From assembly GCA_037305845.1 (NCBI GenBank), contig CP147778.1, positions 3,168,001 through 3,232,000 on the forward strand: a stretch of 64,000 nt of DNA, in the 5' to 3' direction. The stretch comes from Candidatus Freyarchaeum deiterrae (lineage in GTDB: Archaea; Asgardarchaeota; Jordiarchaeia; Jordiarchaeales; Jordiarchaeaceae). Shown piece after piece: positions 1 through 10,268 of the stretch (its first letter is position 1; each line of letters opens with the position of its first letter). The notes under the pieces are model-generated. The model saw only the letters and a list, made by a program, of their open reading frames with translations, ran no database searches and had not been told where the DNA came from. A program made the position numbers and the translations under genes.

Positions 1-143
1 GCGTAAAGGGATACAATAAAGAAAAGGTGAGAAAGCAGCAAATCCCAAATAAAACCTTTCATCAATAAAAAACCCAAAAACCGAAAAATTCGAAGCCTAT
101 CCCACGAATAAGTGCTAATCTTGGAAATAGGAGTTAAATCAAT

Positions 144-881
144 ATGAGCAACCCAAAGAAATCAATTGAGATGATAATCGAAAAAATGAAAAGAAGTGAA
201 ATACATCCAGAAAACGCTTGGCAGGAAATCGGAAGCGTCAAGAATGATTATCTAAAATATGTTAGAGCACATCATCCACAAATAAGGAATCTAGAGCAAT
301 CTTGGCACAGCTATATCGGTAAAAGGTTTAAGAATTTGATCTATGAAATAGCCAAGAGCTACATTGAAGATATCAAGAAAAAGAATGAACACTTTCAAAA
401 ATTAGAAATACTAAAAGAAAAAAAACTAAAAAAGAATGACATACTTCTTAGAAAAATAGCCGTAAGGTATGGTGAATATTTAATTGTGCCAGATACTGAT
501 ATGGCGATAGTGGAATACGATGTAAACGATCCTTGGCATTCCGAAGTCCTAGCTACGATTTCCTGTAAAACAAGCCAAAGAGAGAAGATGGTACAAGCTT
601 GGTATTGGAAACTGAAATTTCTTTCATCTGATGTTACAAAAAACATTAAAGTTTACCTAGTAACAACAGACTATTACGGAGATTTTGAACCCAAACGAGA
701 TGAAAAATTCTACAGTAAAAAAATCCGTAACAGAATAATAGCGGAGTACGAACTAGACGGAGTCTACATTTTCAGGGAAGAGCTCACTTGGGAAAGCCAT
801 AAAATAAAACGTTACGAAAAATTTTTCGAAGATTTGACAAACCTTTTAACAAGATTAGAAGAATCTGATGGAAACGCATAG
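144..881 (+). CDS. BsaWI-like type II restriction endonuclease family protein (PD-(D/E)xK)
   Basis: IVPDTD...ISCKTSQREK..QAWYWKLK matches the BsaWI/CCGG-family pattern PDxD...KTSLRER..Q.YWKL; GGAG RBS upstream. Confidence 0.7.
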   Translation: MSNPKKSIEMIIEKMKRSEIHPENAWQEIGSVKNDYLKYVRAHHPQIRNLEQSWHSYIGKRFKNLIYEIAKSYIEDIKKKNEHFQKLEILKEKKLKKNDILLRKIAVRYGEYLIVPDTDMAIVEYDVNDPWHSEVLATISCKTSQREKMVQAWYWKLKFLSSDVTKNIKVYLVTTDYYGDFEPKRDEKFYSKKIRNRIIAEYELDGVYIFREELTWESHKIKRYEKFFEDLTNLLTRLEESDGNA

Positions 882-1532
882 AAAATTTCAAACTATTCTT
901 TTCATACCTCGCCCATTCGATTTTTCTAACATACATCTATGGTTATACCGCTGCATTTTCGATGTTTACAACAAATACAAAGTCAATAGCCACATAAATA
1001 GACCTGATAAAGAATAGGAACAAAATTAGAAAAGTCTCACTTTTTAAGCCTAATTGGGATAAAATCTTCTTTTAAACCCACAGGGCGTATTTGTCTTTTT
1101 ATTAGGGTTGCTTCTTCCTTTAAGCATGGGTTGCTTGTTCCCTGTTGAAGTTTGTGGGTGTGTTCATAGTGGCATCAGGAAACACAAAAATTGGGGTGGA
1201 ATTTTAGGGGGAGCGCCAAGACTCGCGTTAAGAGCATCGTTCAAACCCTGGCGATAAACAAGTCCTTAAGGAAAAAGAGTTATTAATTCTGTCCCAAAGC
1301 TATATATATATCATATTAATAGGTAAACAGTAATTATAACAATCTTATAGCTTAGCTTTATACCGATTAATGCCTTAAGAATTGTTACCACAGCTATAAT
1401 AGTTCTCTAATGTAACTCAGCCTTCCAAAAAAAAGGTTTCAAAATGGAAAGCGATCGTCACTGGAAATTTACCGGTTTGCCATCTCACTGTAACCTTAGT
1501 GTATAAGAATATAAATCGGAGTTGTTGTAATA

Positions 1533-1970
1533 ATGGAAGATATTTGCCTCAGTAGTTTGAGGAAGCTTCTGAACGAAATAGAAAGCGGGAAACTAATAGA
1601 CGTAAACGGACGCCTCGGTGAATGCTGGGAGGAGTTGTCTCTGAGAGAAAAGGATCCCTCCATTCCCCCCGAAATTATTACCAGGAGCAAAGAAATTCTA
1701 GAGAAGCTGACGGAGATGCTCCGCGAATATAAAGAGAGACCTATTAACGAAGAGAACTTACACGAGATAAGGTCAAAAATATTCGAAGAGCAACCCAAAC
1801 AGGGACGTATCCATGCAGAATTTTCGCACACTAATGAGGAAGACATCTTAGACATGATTTCATTTCTGGAAAAAATTGAACTAAAAATGAAAAAAGGGGA
1901 TTTCACGCCGGAGGAGACGAAGTCGAAAAAAGTTAAAGACTCTAAGAAGCCGTCCTGGTGGTCACCCTAA
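1533..1970 (+). CDS. Hypothetical protein, helical and charged
   Basis: 145-aa ORF with GGAG RBS and T-run immediately after the stop; no recognisable motif. Confidence 0.7.
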   Translation: MEDICLSSLRKLLNEIESGKLIDVNGRLGECWEELSLREKDPSIPPEIITRSKEILEKLTEMLREYKERPINEENLHEIRSKIFEEQPKQGRIHAEFSHTNEEDILDMISFLEKIELKMKKGDFTPEETKSKKVKDSKKPSWWSP

Positions 1971-2394
1971 TTTTTTTATGCCGCCCCCTTTTTGAGGGAA
2001 GTGATTCTTCATCAACTAATCAACAGTCGAGAGATTTATCCCGAGCCTTATTGGTGAGATGAAAAAGTCTTTTCCAACACTCGTAATTTTACTTTTTGAT
2101 AGTAAGAGCTTGTTTATGGTTGATATATAAAGGGAGATATGTCCTAATAAGTTATTTTTGACGTGTTCAGTAAAAGAGCTGATATCGATTTTGCGATTAG
2201 GGGAAGCCTGTTCAGAAATCATACTTCCCTTTTCTGTTAAACTGCCCTCGTAGAACCCGAGGCGGGCAGAGGTGAAAACCCTCTCAAAATGAAAATAAAT
2301 AATTATGTAGCATAGAAACATACTTAAGCTTAGAGTAATATAATATTGTTATAATTATAACTGTGTTATAGCTATAATTATAGCAAGTGAGGTA

Positions 2395-3105
2395 TTGAAA
2401 GTGTCCGAATTAAAAGTGTCTGATTTTAAAATGCTTGAGAAGCCTCCATATAAACTACCCGATCCCAGAACTGAAATAGAGCTAGTTTTGATGAAAAGCC
2501 TAAAAGACGAAGAAAAAATGTATGGTCCCGTATTCACCACCAAACTCATAAACTACACCCTGCAGTACGTTGCTCAAAAATATGGAGAAAAGCCCAAAGA
2601 AGCCATTAAAACCCTGGACCAGCTGGGAGCGTATCTAGTCTCAATATCCAATAAATACCCCAAAGCTTTTACTGCAGCCATTTATGCCCATTTAAAGGTT
2701 GAAAAAGAGTTACAGGGCAGCGCTGGAGCAGGAACTCGGGTTGGAATGATGGCTTTTTCTAGAAATTTAATGAAAAAACCAAGCGCTAAAGAGAGAAATG
2801 TGGACATAGACAATCTTCTAACAACTTTTCAGCAGACTCTTATTCCGTCAAGACTTGCCATGGAAGTGGGATATAAGAAAAATGAAGATGAAAGTGTTAA
2901 CGTAATTTATCCCGACTGCCCAATCAAGGATGCATGCCAAATGGCTTCCCATGAGGACGCGTTAAAACGGGTAATCGGCGGGTTGCAATGTGTTTCCTGT
3001 TCAGGTGTGTGCCAGATTTTAAAACTACTTTCGAGCTATGATTGGGATTACGAACTCTTAGAATTTAACAAACCCCACTGTATAGCGAGGATCTTCATGG
3101 TTTAA
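2395..3105 (+). CDS. Uncharacterised 4-Cys V4R-like family protein, array copy 1 (likely start GTG 2401)
   Basis: DFKMLEK, YGPVF, LQG..G motifs; C-terminal CPIKDAC...QC...YDWDY..EFNKPHC. Confidence 0.85.
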   Translation: MKVSELKVSDFKMLEKPPYKLPDPRTEIELVLMKSLKDEEKMYGPVFTTKLINYTLQYVAQKYGEKPKEAIKTLDQLGAYLVSISNKYPKAFTAAIYAHLKVEKELQGSAGAGTRVGMMAFSRNLMKKPSAKERNVDIDNLLTTFQQTLIPSRLAMEVGYKKNEDESVNVIYPDCPIKDACQMASHEDALKRVIGGLQCVSCSGVCQILKLLSSYDWDYELLEFNKPHCIARIFMV

Positions 3106-3521
3106 TCATTGATTCGAGAGGTAGGCTTTCCGAGAAATTTCCACACGAAGACCAAAAACGATATTTTACTATAAATTTCTCTTTCTTCTCATTAACCTCT
3201 GTTTTTGTTAAAAAATCTGAGCAGAGTATAAGGAATTAACTCAATAGTTTTTGTGTTGGGGGAGATTATCCACAATATTCTTATTTGTATGATAAAAAGT
3301 CTTTTTTAAAGCTCGTGCCTTTTTACCGCTGGGAGGTTTTTCTTATGGTTGATATGTCGAGGGAGAGGAATTAATAAGTTAATTTTTGACGGGATCAACA
3401 AGAGCTGTTGTCGGTTTTCGCAATTTGAGGAAAGGCCTGTTTTTGTGACTTTACTTCTCCATTTTAAACTTGCTGGGAAAGCAGAAGTAGGGCAGAGGTA
3501 TAAACCACGCAGAAGTAAATA

Positions 3522-3544
3522 ATTATGTATCATAGAAACATAAT
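3522..3544. promoter_or_regulatory. Candidate operator ATTATGT-N9-ACATAAT (also 2302-2324 with one mismatch, 4773-4795, 7041-7063)
   Basis: Inverted repeat at an equivalent position upstream of the TATA-like tract of four of the five array genes. Confidence 0.5.
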
Positions 3545-3633
3545 AAGAAAAATTTTAAAGCTGAGGACTATATAATATTATTATGACTATAACGCATTTA
3601 TAATTAGAATAATAGCGAGTGAGGTGCAGGAAA

Positions 3634-4338
3634 ATGTCAGACTTAAAAATTACGGATTTTAAAATGCTTGAGAAGCCTCCATATAAACTACCTGAACCCA
3701 GAAGCATGATAGAGTTAGTTATGACGAAAGGGGTAAAAGAAGAAGAAAAAATGTATGGTCCAGTATTCACCACTAAATTCGTAAACTTCACCCTGCAGTA
3801 CGTTGCTCAAAAATATGGAGAAAAGCCCAAAGAAGCCATTAAAACCCTGGACCAGCTGGGAGCGTATCTAGTTTCAATATCCGATAAACACCCCAAAGCC
3901 TTTACTGCAGCCATGTATGCCCATTTCAAGGTTGAAAATGATTTACAGGGCAGCGCTGGAGCAGCAACCCGAGTTACGAGCAGAGGGATTTCTAAAAATT
4001 TCACGGAAGGCACAAGCATTAAAGAGAGAAATATTGACGTAGACCAACTTCTAAAAACTTTTCAGCAGACAATTATTCCGGCAAGAGTTGGCTGCGAAAT
4101 GGGATATAAGAAAAATGAAGAGGGAAGCGTAGACCTAATTTGGCCCGACTGTTATTTTAAGGATGCATGCCAAACGGCTTCCGGTGAGGACGCGTTAAAA
4201 CGGGTAATCGGCGGCGTGCAATGTGAGATCAGTTCAGGTATATGCCAGTTTTTAAAACTACTTTCGAGCTATGATTGGGATTACCAACTCCTAGAATTTG
4301 ACAAACCCCACTGTATATCGAGGCTTTTCATAATCTAA
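3634..4338 (+). CDS. Uncharacterised 4-Cys V4R-like family protein, array copy 2
   Basis: Paralog of copy 1; ATG 3634 follows a GAGGTG RBS. Confidence 0.85.
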   Translation: MSDLKITDFKMLEKPPYKLPEPRSMIELVMTKGVKEEEKMYGPVFTTKFVNFTLQYVAQKYGEKPKEAIKTLDQLGAYLVSISDKHPKAFTAAMYAHFKVENDLQGSAGAATRVTSRGISKNFTEGTSIKERNIDVDQLLKTFQQTIIPARVGCEMGYKKNEEGSVDLIWPDCYFKDACQTASGEDALKRVIGGVQCEISSGICQFLKLLSSYDWDYQLLEFDKPHCISRLFII

Positions 4339-4889
4339 TCATTGATTCGAGAGAGAGGCTTTCAGAGAAAGTTACACACGAAGACCAAAAACGATATTTC
4401 ACTCTAAATTTCTCTTTCTTTTCTTTTTTTAACCTCTGTTTTTGTTAAGAAATATCTGAGCAGAGTATAAGGAATTAACTCAATAGTTTTTGTGTTGGGA
4501 GGGGATTATCCACAATATTCTTATTCGTATGATAAAAAGTCTTTTTAAAAGCTCATAACTTTTTTACCGCTAGGAGATTGTGCTTATGGTTGACATATAA
4601 AGGGAGATAGATGTCCTAATAAGTTATTTTTGGCGTGTTCAGTAAAAGAGCTGGTTTCGATTTTGCGATTAGGGGAAGCCTGTTCAGAAACCATAGTTCC
4701 CTTTTCTGTTAAACTGTCCTCTTAGAACCCAGGCGGGCGGAGGTGAAAATCCTCTCAAAATGAAAAGAAATAATTATGTAGCATAGAAACATAATAAAAA
4801 ACATTTTTATGCTTAGAATCATATAATATTATTATAATTATAATTATAATTACGTTATAGCTAGAAAAATAGCAAGCGAGGTGTGGAAA

Positions 4890-5594
4890 GTGTCCGAATT
4901 GAAAATTTCTGATTTTAAAATGCTTGAAAAAGCTCCATATACAAAGCCCCTTCCGAAAAACAGCATAGAGCTAATAATAAAAGGGTCAATCGAACAAGAA
5001 AAAACGTATGGTCCCATATTCAGTGACCTATACATAAAGCATGCCTTGCGGTTTGCTGCTAAAAAATATGGAGAAACGCCCAAAGAAGCCATTAAAACCC
5101 TAGACCAGCTGATAGAGTATCTAGTCTCAGTATCCGATAAACACCCCGATGCCGCAAACGCAGCCGTATATGCTGGTTTAAAGGCTGAAAGCGATATACA
5201 GGGCAAATCTGGAGCAGGAATTCGGGTTGGACTGATAGGTTTTTTTAGAAGTTTAGGGAAAAAGCCAAGCGCTAAAGAGAGAAATGTGGACATAGACCAG
5301 CTTCTAGCAACTTTTCAGAAGACTCTTATCCAGTTAGGATTAGCTCACTACGAAGTGGGATATAATAAAAATGAAGATGGAAGTGTTAACGTAATTTGGC
5401 CCAACTGTTACATTAAGGATGGGTGCCGATTGGCCAGTGATGAGGGCGCGACAAAACGAATAATCGGCGGGCTGCAATGTGTTTCCTGTTCAGGTATGTG
5501 CCAGATTTTAAAACTACTTTCGAGCTATGATTGGGATTACGAACTCTTAGAATTTGACAAACCCCATTGTATAGCGAGGAGCTTCATGATCTAA
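4890..5594 (+). CDS. Uncharacterised 4-Cys V4R-like family protein, array copy 3 (subtype B)
   Basis: Paralog with CYIKDGC...QC...PHC; GTG start after GAGGTG. Confidence 0.85.
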   Translation: MSELKISDFKMLEKAPYTKPLPKNSIELIIKGSIEQEKTYGPIFSDLYIKHALRFAAKKYGETPKEAIKTLDQLIEYLVSVSDKHPDAANAAVYAGLKAESDIQGKSGAGIRVGLIGFFRSLGKKPSAKERNVDIDQLLATFQKTLIQLGLAHYEVGYNKNEDGSVNVIWPNCYIKDGCRLASDEGATKRIIGGLQCVSCSGMCQILKLLSSYDWDYELLEFDKPHCIARSFMI

Positions 5595-5839
5595 TCATAA
5601 ATTTGAGAGAGAGGCTTTCAGAGAAAGTTCCACATGGAGACCAAAAACGATATTTTACTCTAAATTTCACTCTTTCTTTTCTTTTTTTAACCTCTGTTTA
5701 TGTTAAGAAATATCTACTGCAGCATTCTTATGACCCTGTAGAACTGTAAACAATAATATTTTTATTTTGGATTATATATTATTATTACAGGACTAAAAGT
5801 GTGTTGTAGTCAGAGTAATAGCAAGTGAGGTGTTGGAGA

Positions 5840-6544
5840 ATGTCAGAAGTTAAAATTTCTGATTTTAAAATGCTTGAGAAACCACCATATAAACAGCCCC
5901 CTGCAAAAAACACCATAGAGCTAACGATAAAAGGGGCAATCGAAGAAGAAAAAATGTATGGTCCCGTACTCAGTGACAAATACATAAAGCATGCCTTGCG
6001 GTATGCTGCTCAAAAATATGGAGAAACGCCCAAAGAAGCCATTAAAACCCTGGACCAGCTGAGAGAGTATCTAATCTCAATATCCGATAAACACCCCGAC
6101 GCCATTAACGCAGCCGTATATGCTGGTTTAAAGGCTGAAAGCGATATACAGGGAAAATCTGGAGCAGGAATTCGGGTTGGACTGATAGGTTTTTCTAGAA
6201 GTTTAGGGAAAAAGCCAAGCGCTAAAGAGAGAAATGTGGACATAGACCAGCTTCTAACAACTTATCAGCAGACTCTTATTCAGTTAGGAGCAGCTCACTA
6301 CGAAGAGGGATACAGGAAAAATGAAGATGAAAGTGTTGACGTAATTGATCCCAACTGTTACATTAAGGATGGATGCCGATTAGCCCATGACGAAGGCGCG
6401 TTAGGACGGATAACAGGCGGGTTGCAATGTGTTTCCAGTTTCGGCATGTGCCAGATTTTAAAACTACTTTCAAGCTATGAGTGGGATTACGAACTCTTAG
6501 AATTTAACAAACCCCACTGTTTAGCGAGGATTTACATGCTCTAA
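5840..6544 (+). CDS. Uncharacterised 4-Cys V4R-like family protein, array copy 4 (subtype B)
   Basis: Closest to copy 3 (KAESDIQGKSGAGIRVGLIG identical). Confidence 0.85.
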   Translation: MSEVKISDFKMLEKPPYKQPPAKNTIELTIKGAIEEEKMYGPVLSDKYIKHALRYAAQKYGETPKEAIKTLDQLREYLISISDKHPDAINAAVYAGLKAESDIQGKSGAGIRVGLIGFSRSLGKKPSAKERNVDIDQLLTTYQQTLIQLGAAHYEEGYRKNEDESVDVIDPNCYIKDGCRLAHDEGALGRITGGLQCVSSFGMCQILKLLSSYEWDYELLEFNKPHCLARIYML

Positions 6545-7144
6545 TAATTCGTTAGGGCTAACTTTCAGAGAAATTTCCAAATAAAGACCCAAAACGATCA
6601 TTCACTCTAAATTTCTCTTTCTTTTCATTAACCTCTGTTTTTGTTAAAATGTTAGACATAAGAAACAACGATGGTTACTAACTCAGATAGTTGAGCCTTT
6701 TCTATAACTTCTTAATAAACTCCATTTGTTAGCAGGTTCCTTTATCTTTGGGAGCACACTTAAGGTTGTGCGCCCACTTGAAGGGATGCATTACTGAGGG
6801 TGGATTCCCACCGATTCCTTTCTTGGAAGTTGACATGATTTATTGCAGGGTTTTTCCCGGGACCTCTTCAGGTGGGGAGAGTGGACTCTTTTTTTCGGGG
6901 ATCAGTGAAAGAGCTGTTGTCGGTTTTCGCGATTCGGGAAAGCCTGTTTCGGAACTAATTCTCCATTTCGGTTAAACTGCCCCTCTGAGAACCCGAGGCG
7001 GGCAGAGGCGAAAAGTCTCCCAAAAAAATGAAAAGAAATAATTATGTATCATAGAAACATAATGAGAAACTTTTTAAATCTGGGACTACATAATATTATT
7101 ATGACTATAACGCAGTTATAACCAGAATAATAGCAAGTGAGGTA

Positions 7145-7855
7145 TTGAAAGTGTCCGAATTAAAAGTGTCTGATTTTAAAATGCTTGAGAAGCCTCCGTT
7201 TGAACTACCCGATCCCAGAACTGAAATAGAGCTAGGTTTGATAAAAAGCCTAAAAGACCAAGAAAAAATGTATGGCCCCGTATTCACCACCAAACTCATA
7301 AACTACACCCTGCAGTACGTTGCTCAAAAATATGGAGAAACGCCCAAAGAAGCCATTAAAACCCTGGACCAGCTGGGAGCGTATCTAATCTCAATATCCG
7401 ATAAATACCCCAAAGCCTTTAATGCAGCCGTATATGGCCAATTCAAGGTTGAAAAAGAGTTACAGGGCAGCGCTGGAGCAGCAACCCGGGTTGGAACGAT
7501 GGGGTTTTCTAGAAATTTAGTGGAAAGCCCAAATGTTAAAGAGAGAAATGTGGACATAGACAATCTTCTAACAACTTTTCAACAGACTCTTATTCAGTTA
7601 AAACTCGCCATGGAAGTGGGATATAAGAAAAATGAAGATGGAAGCGTTAACGTAATTTATCCCGACTGTCCCATCAAGGATGCATGCCTAAAGGCTTACG
7701 ATGAGGACGCGTTAAAACGGGTAATCGGCGGGTCTCAATGTGTTTCCAGTTCAGGTGTGTGCCAGTTTTTAAAACTACTTTCGAGCTATGATTGGGATTA
7801 CAACCTCTTAGAATTTGACAAACCCTACTGTATATCGAGGCTTTTCATGATCTAA
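7145..7855 (+). CDS. Uncharacterised 4-Cys V4R-like family protein, array copy 5 (likely start GTG 7151)
   Basis: Closest to copy 1 (LPDPRTEIEL, CPIKDAC). Confidence 0.85.
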   Translation: MKVSELKVSDFKMLEKPPFELPDPRTEIELGLIKSLKDQEKMYGPVFTTKLINYTLQYVAQKYGETPKEAIKTLDQLGAYLISISDKYPKAFNAAVYGQFKVEKELQGSAGAATRVGTMGFSRNLVESPNVKERNVDIDNLLTTFQQTLIQLKLAMEVGYKKNEDGSVNVIYPDCPIKDACLKAYDEDALKRVIGGSQCVSSSGVCQFLKLLSSYDWDYNLLEFDKPYCISRLFMI

Positions 7856-8096
7856 TCATTGATCCGCGAGAGAGGCTTTCCGAGAAATTTCCACAGGAAG
7901 ACCAAAAACGATATTTTACTCTAAATTTTTTTCTTTCTTTTCTTTTTTTAACCTCTGTTTTTGTTAAAAAATATTTAAGCAGAGTATAAGGAATTAACTC
8001 AATAGTTTTTGTGTGGAGAGGATCATCCACAATATTCTTATTCGTATGATAAAAAGTCTTTTTTAAAGCTAATAACTTTTTTACCGCTAGGAGATT

Positions 8097-10211
8097 GTGC
8101 TTATGGTTGATAAGTTAAGGGAGAGGCGTCCTAACAAGTTGATTTTTGAAAAAAGTCCATATCTACTGCAACATGCCTATAACCCCGTCGACTGGAACCC
8201 TTGGGGTGAAGAGGCTTTTGAGAGGGCGAAGAAGGAAGACAAACCGATTTTTCTTTCTATTGGTTACTCCACCTGCCACTGGTGTCATGTGATGGAGAGA
8301 GAATCTTTTGAGGACACTGAGGTGGCAGAATTAATGAATGAGGTCTTTGTATGCATAAAGGTTGATAGAGAGGAGAGACCGGACATAGACGATGCTTATA
8401 TGGCGGTAGGCCAGGCGATGACTGGCGCTGGCGGATGGCCCCTAACCATTATCATGACACCGGACAAAATGCCATTCTTCGCAGGTACCTATATTCCAAA
8501 AGAGAGCAGGTTTGGACTAACCGGGATGAAGGAGCTAATACCACGCATTAAGAAACTCTGGGAACAGCGTAGGAGTGAAGTGGAGAATTCCGCTGAGCAT
8601 ATAATCTCGTCCATTAAGGAAACTCAAGAAACTCCCGGACAAGAACTGGGTGAAGAGACCCTCCATAAGTGTTATGATAATCTTTTCGAAATTTTCGATG
8701 AGCAGAACGGAGGCTTCGGACACGGACGCAAGTTTCCAGCACCCCACAATCTATCCTTTCTGCTCCGCTACTGGAGGCGCACTGGCGACGAATGGGCTTT
8801 AAGGATAGTGGAAAAAACTCTGGAAAAAATGCAGCAGGGCGGTATTTACGACCATATAGGCTTGGGCTTCCACCGCTACTCCACAGACACCAAATGGTTA
8901 GTCCCACACTTCGAAAAAATGCTTTACGATCAGGCAATGCTGGTAACAGCTTACACGGAGGCTTATCAAGCTACGGGAAAAGAGGAGTATGCCCAAACAG
9001 CCAAAGAGATAATCACCTATGTTCTACGCGATATGACTGCCCCCGAGGGAGGATTCTATTCCGCCGAGGACGCCGACAGTGAGGGTGAGGAAGGAAAATT
9101 TTACCTCTGGACAGAACAGGAGATAAAACAAATACTTAGCGCAGAGGAAGCGGAAACCATAATAAAAGTTTACAACCTTCAAAAGGAAGGCAATTTCGAG
9201 GAAGAGGCAACAAGAGAAAAGACAAGGAAAAACATAATGTACCTGAAAAAGTCTCTCCCTGAAATAGCCTACGACCTCAAAACCCCGTTAGGAGAGCTTA
9301 AAGAACTCCTGGAAAAGGCAAGAGGGAAACTATTCGTTGCCAGAGAGAAACGTGTGCATCCTAGTAAAGATGATAAAATTTTAGCCGACTGGAACGGACT
9401 TATGATTGCTGCGCTGGCTAAGGCAGCTCAAGCCTTTGATGAACCAAAGTACATGGATGCTGCTGAAAAGGCGGCTAATTTTATACTAAAAAAGATGAAA
9501 GATTCTGAGGGGTGGCTTTATCATCGTTATCGAGAGGGTGAGACCGCGATATTCGGCTTCTTGGACGATTACGCCCTCTTCACCTATGGTCTCATAGAGC
9601 TTTATGAAGCGAGCTTCGAAACAAAATATTTGCAGGATGCTATCGCCCTAACGGAGTACTTGTTGGAACACTTCTGGGATAAGGAGAGTGGAGGCTTTTA
9701 TTTCACCTCGGATGAAGCTGAAAATGTCCTCGTCAGAAGGAAGGATATATACGATGCTGCTTATCCCTCAGGTAACTCTATAGCGGTGTTGAACCTGCTT
9801 CGCCTAGGCCGTATGACCGCCAAACCCGAATACGAAGAAAAGGCCCAACAAATCATCCACACATTTTCCCAAGCTGTTTCAAGAACACCGATGGGATACG
9901 CCCAGCTGATGGTCGCACTGGATTTCGCACTAGGACCCTCCTTCGAGGTGGTTATCACCGGCAACACTCTGGCAGACGACACAAAAACCATGTTGAAAGT
10001 CCTCAGAGAGAAATTCATACCAAATAAGGTAGTACTATTTCTCCCGAGTGAGGTGGAGTCACCGGAGATCACCCGTCTCGCCGAGTTTACCGAACATCAG
10101 AAGAGTATCGACGGAAAAGCCACAGCCTACGTATGCCAGAATTACAGCTGCAAATTTCCCACAACAGATATAGAAAAAATGCTAGAATTTCTAGCGGGGA
10201 AAAAGGACTAA
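8097..10211 (+). CDS. Thioredoxin domain-containing YyaL/SPATA20 family protein
   Basis: [59 protein letters not shown]. Confidence 0.95.
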   Translation: MLMVDKLRERRPNKLIFEKSPYLLQHAYNPVDWNPWGEEAFERAKKEDKPIFLSIGYSTCHWCHVMERESFEDTEVAELMNEVFVCIKVDREERPDIDDAYMAVGQAMTGAGGWPLTIIMTPDKMPFFAGTYIPKESRFGLTGMKELIPRIKKLWEQRRSEVENSAEHIISSIKETQETPGQELGEETLHKCYDNLFEIFDEQNGGFGHGRKFPAPHNLSFLLRYWRRTGDEWALRIVEKTLEKMQQGGIYDHIGLGFHRYSTDTKWLVPHFEKMLYDQAMLVTAYTEAYQATGKEEYAQTAKEIITYVLRDMTAPEGGFYSAEDADSEGEEGKFYLWTEQEIKQILSAEEAETIIKVYNLQKEGNFEEEATREKTRKNIMYLKKSLPEIAYDLKTPLGELKELLEKARGKLFVAREKRVHPSKDDKILADWNGLMIAALAKAAQAFDEPKYMDAAEKAANFILKKMKDSEGWLYHRYREGETAIFGFLDDYALFTYGLIELYEASFETKYLQDAIALTEYLLEHFWDKESGGFYFTSDEAENVLVRRKDIYDAAYPSGNSIAVLNLLRLGRMTAKPEYEEKAQQIIHTFSQAVSRTPMGYAQLMVALDFALGPSFEVVITGNTLADDTKTMLKVLREKFIPNKVVLFLPSEVESPEITRLAEFTEHQKSIDGKATAYVCQNYSCKFPTTDIEKMLEFLAGKKD

Positions 10212-10268
10212 AAATTATGAGGAGAAAGAACTACAATAAAAGATACTCAACAGATTATCGAATAAGAG

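Larger units (their letters stand above)
2010..8150 (+). repeat. Tandem array of five ~1.2-kb gene+spacer units
   Basis: Five paralogous ORFs with homologous 3' flanks (GAGAAA.TT.CA...GAAGACCAAAAACGAT...TTAACCTCTGTTT.TGTTAA) and homologous 5' flanks. Confidence 0.95.

Noticed and set aside
4850-5293. Recurrent antisense ORFs over array genes, SRPBCC genes and other CDSs
   Set aside because: They are shadows of the duplicated sense genes and have no independent motifs or RBS.
6748-6975. 75-aa ORF in the array spacer
   Set aside because: TTG start with no clear RBS, and homologous spacer copies contain indels that break the frame.
2010-8100. Regularly repeated intergenic sequences as a CRISPR or integron array
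   Set aside because: Units are ~1.2 kb and carry paralogous genes. There are no short repeat-spacer units, cas genes, attC-like sites or integrase.
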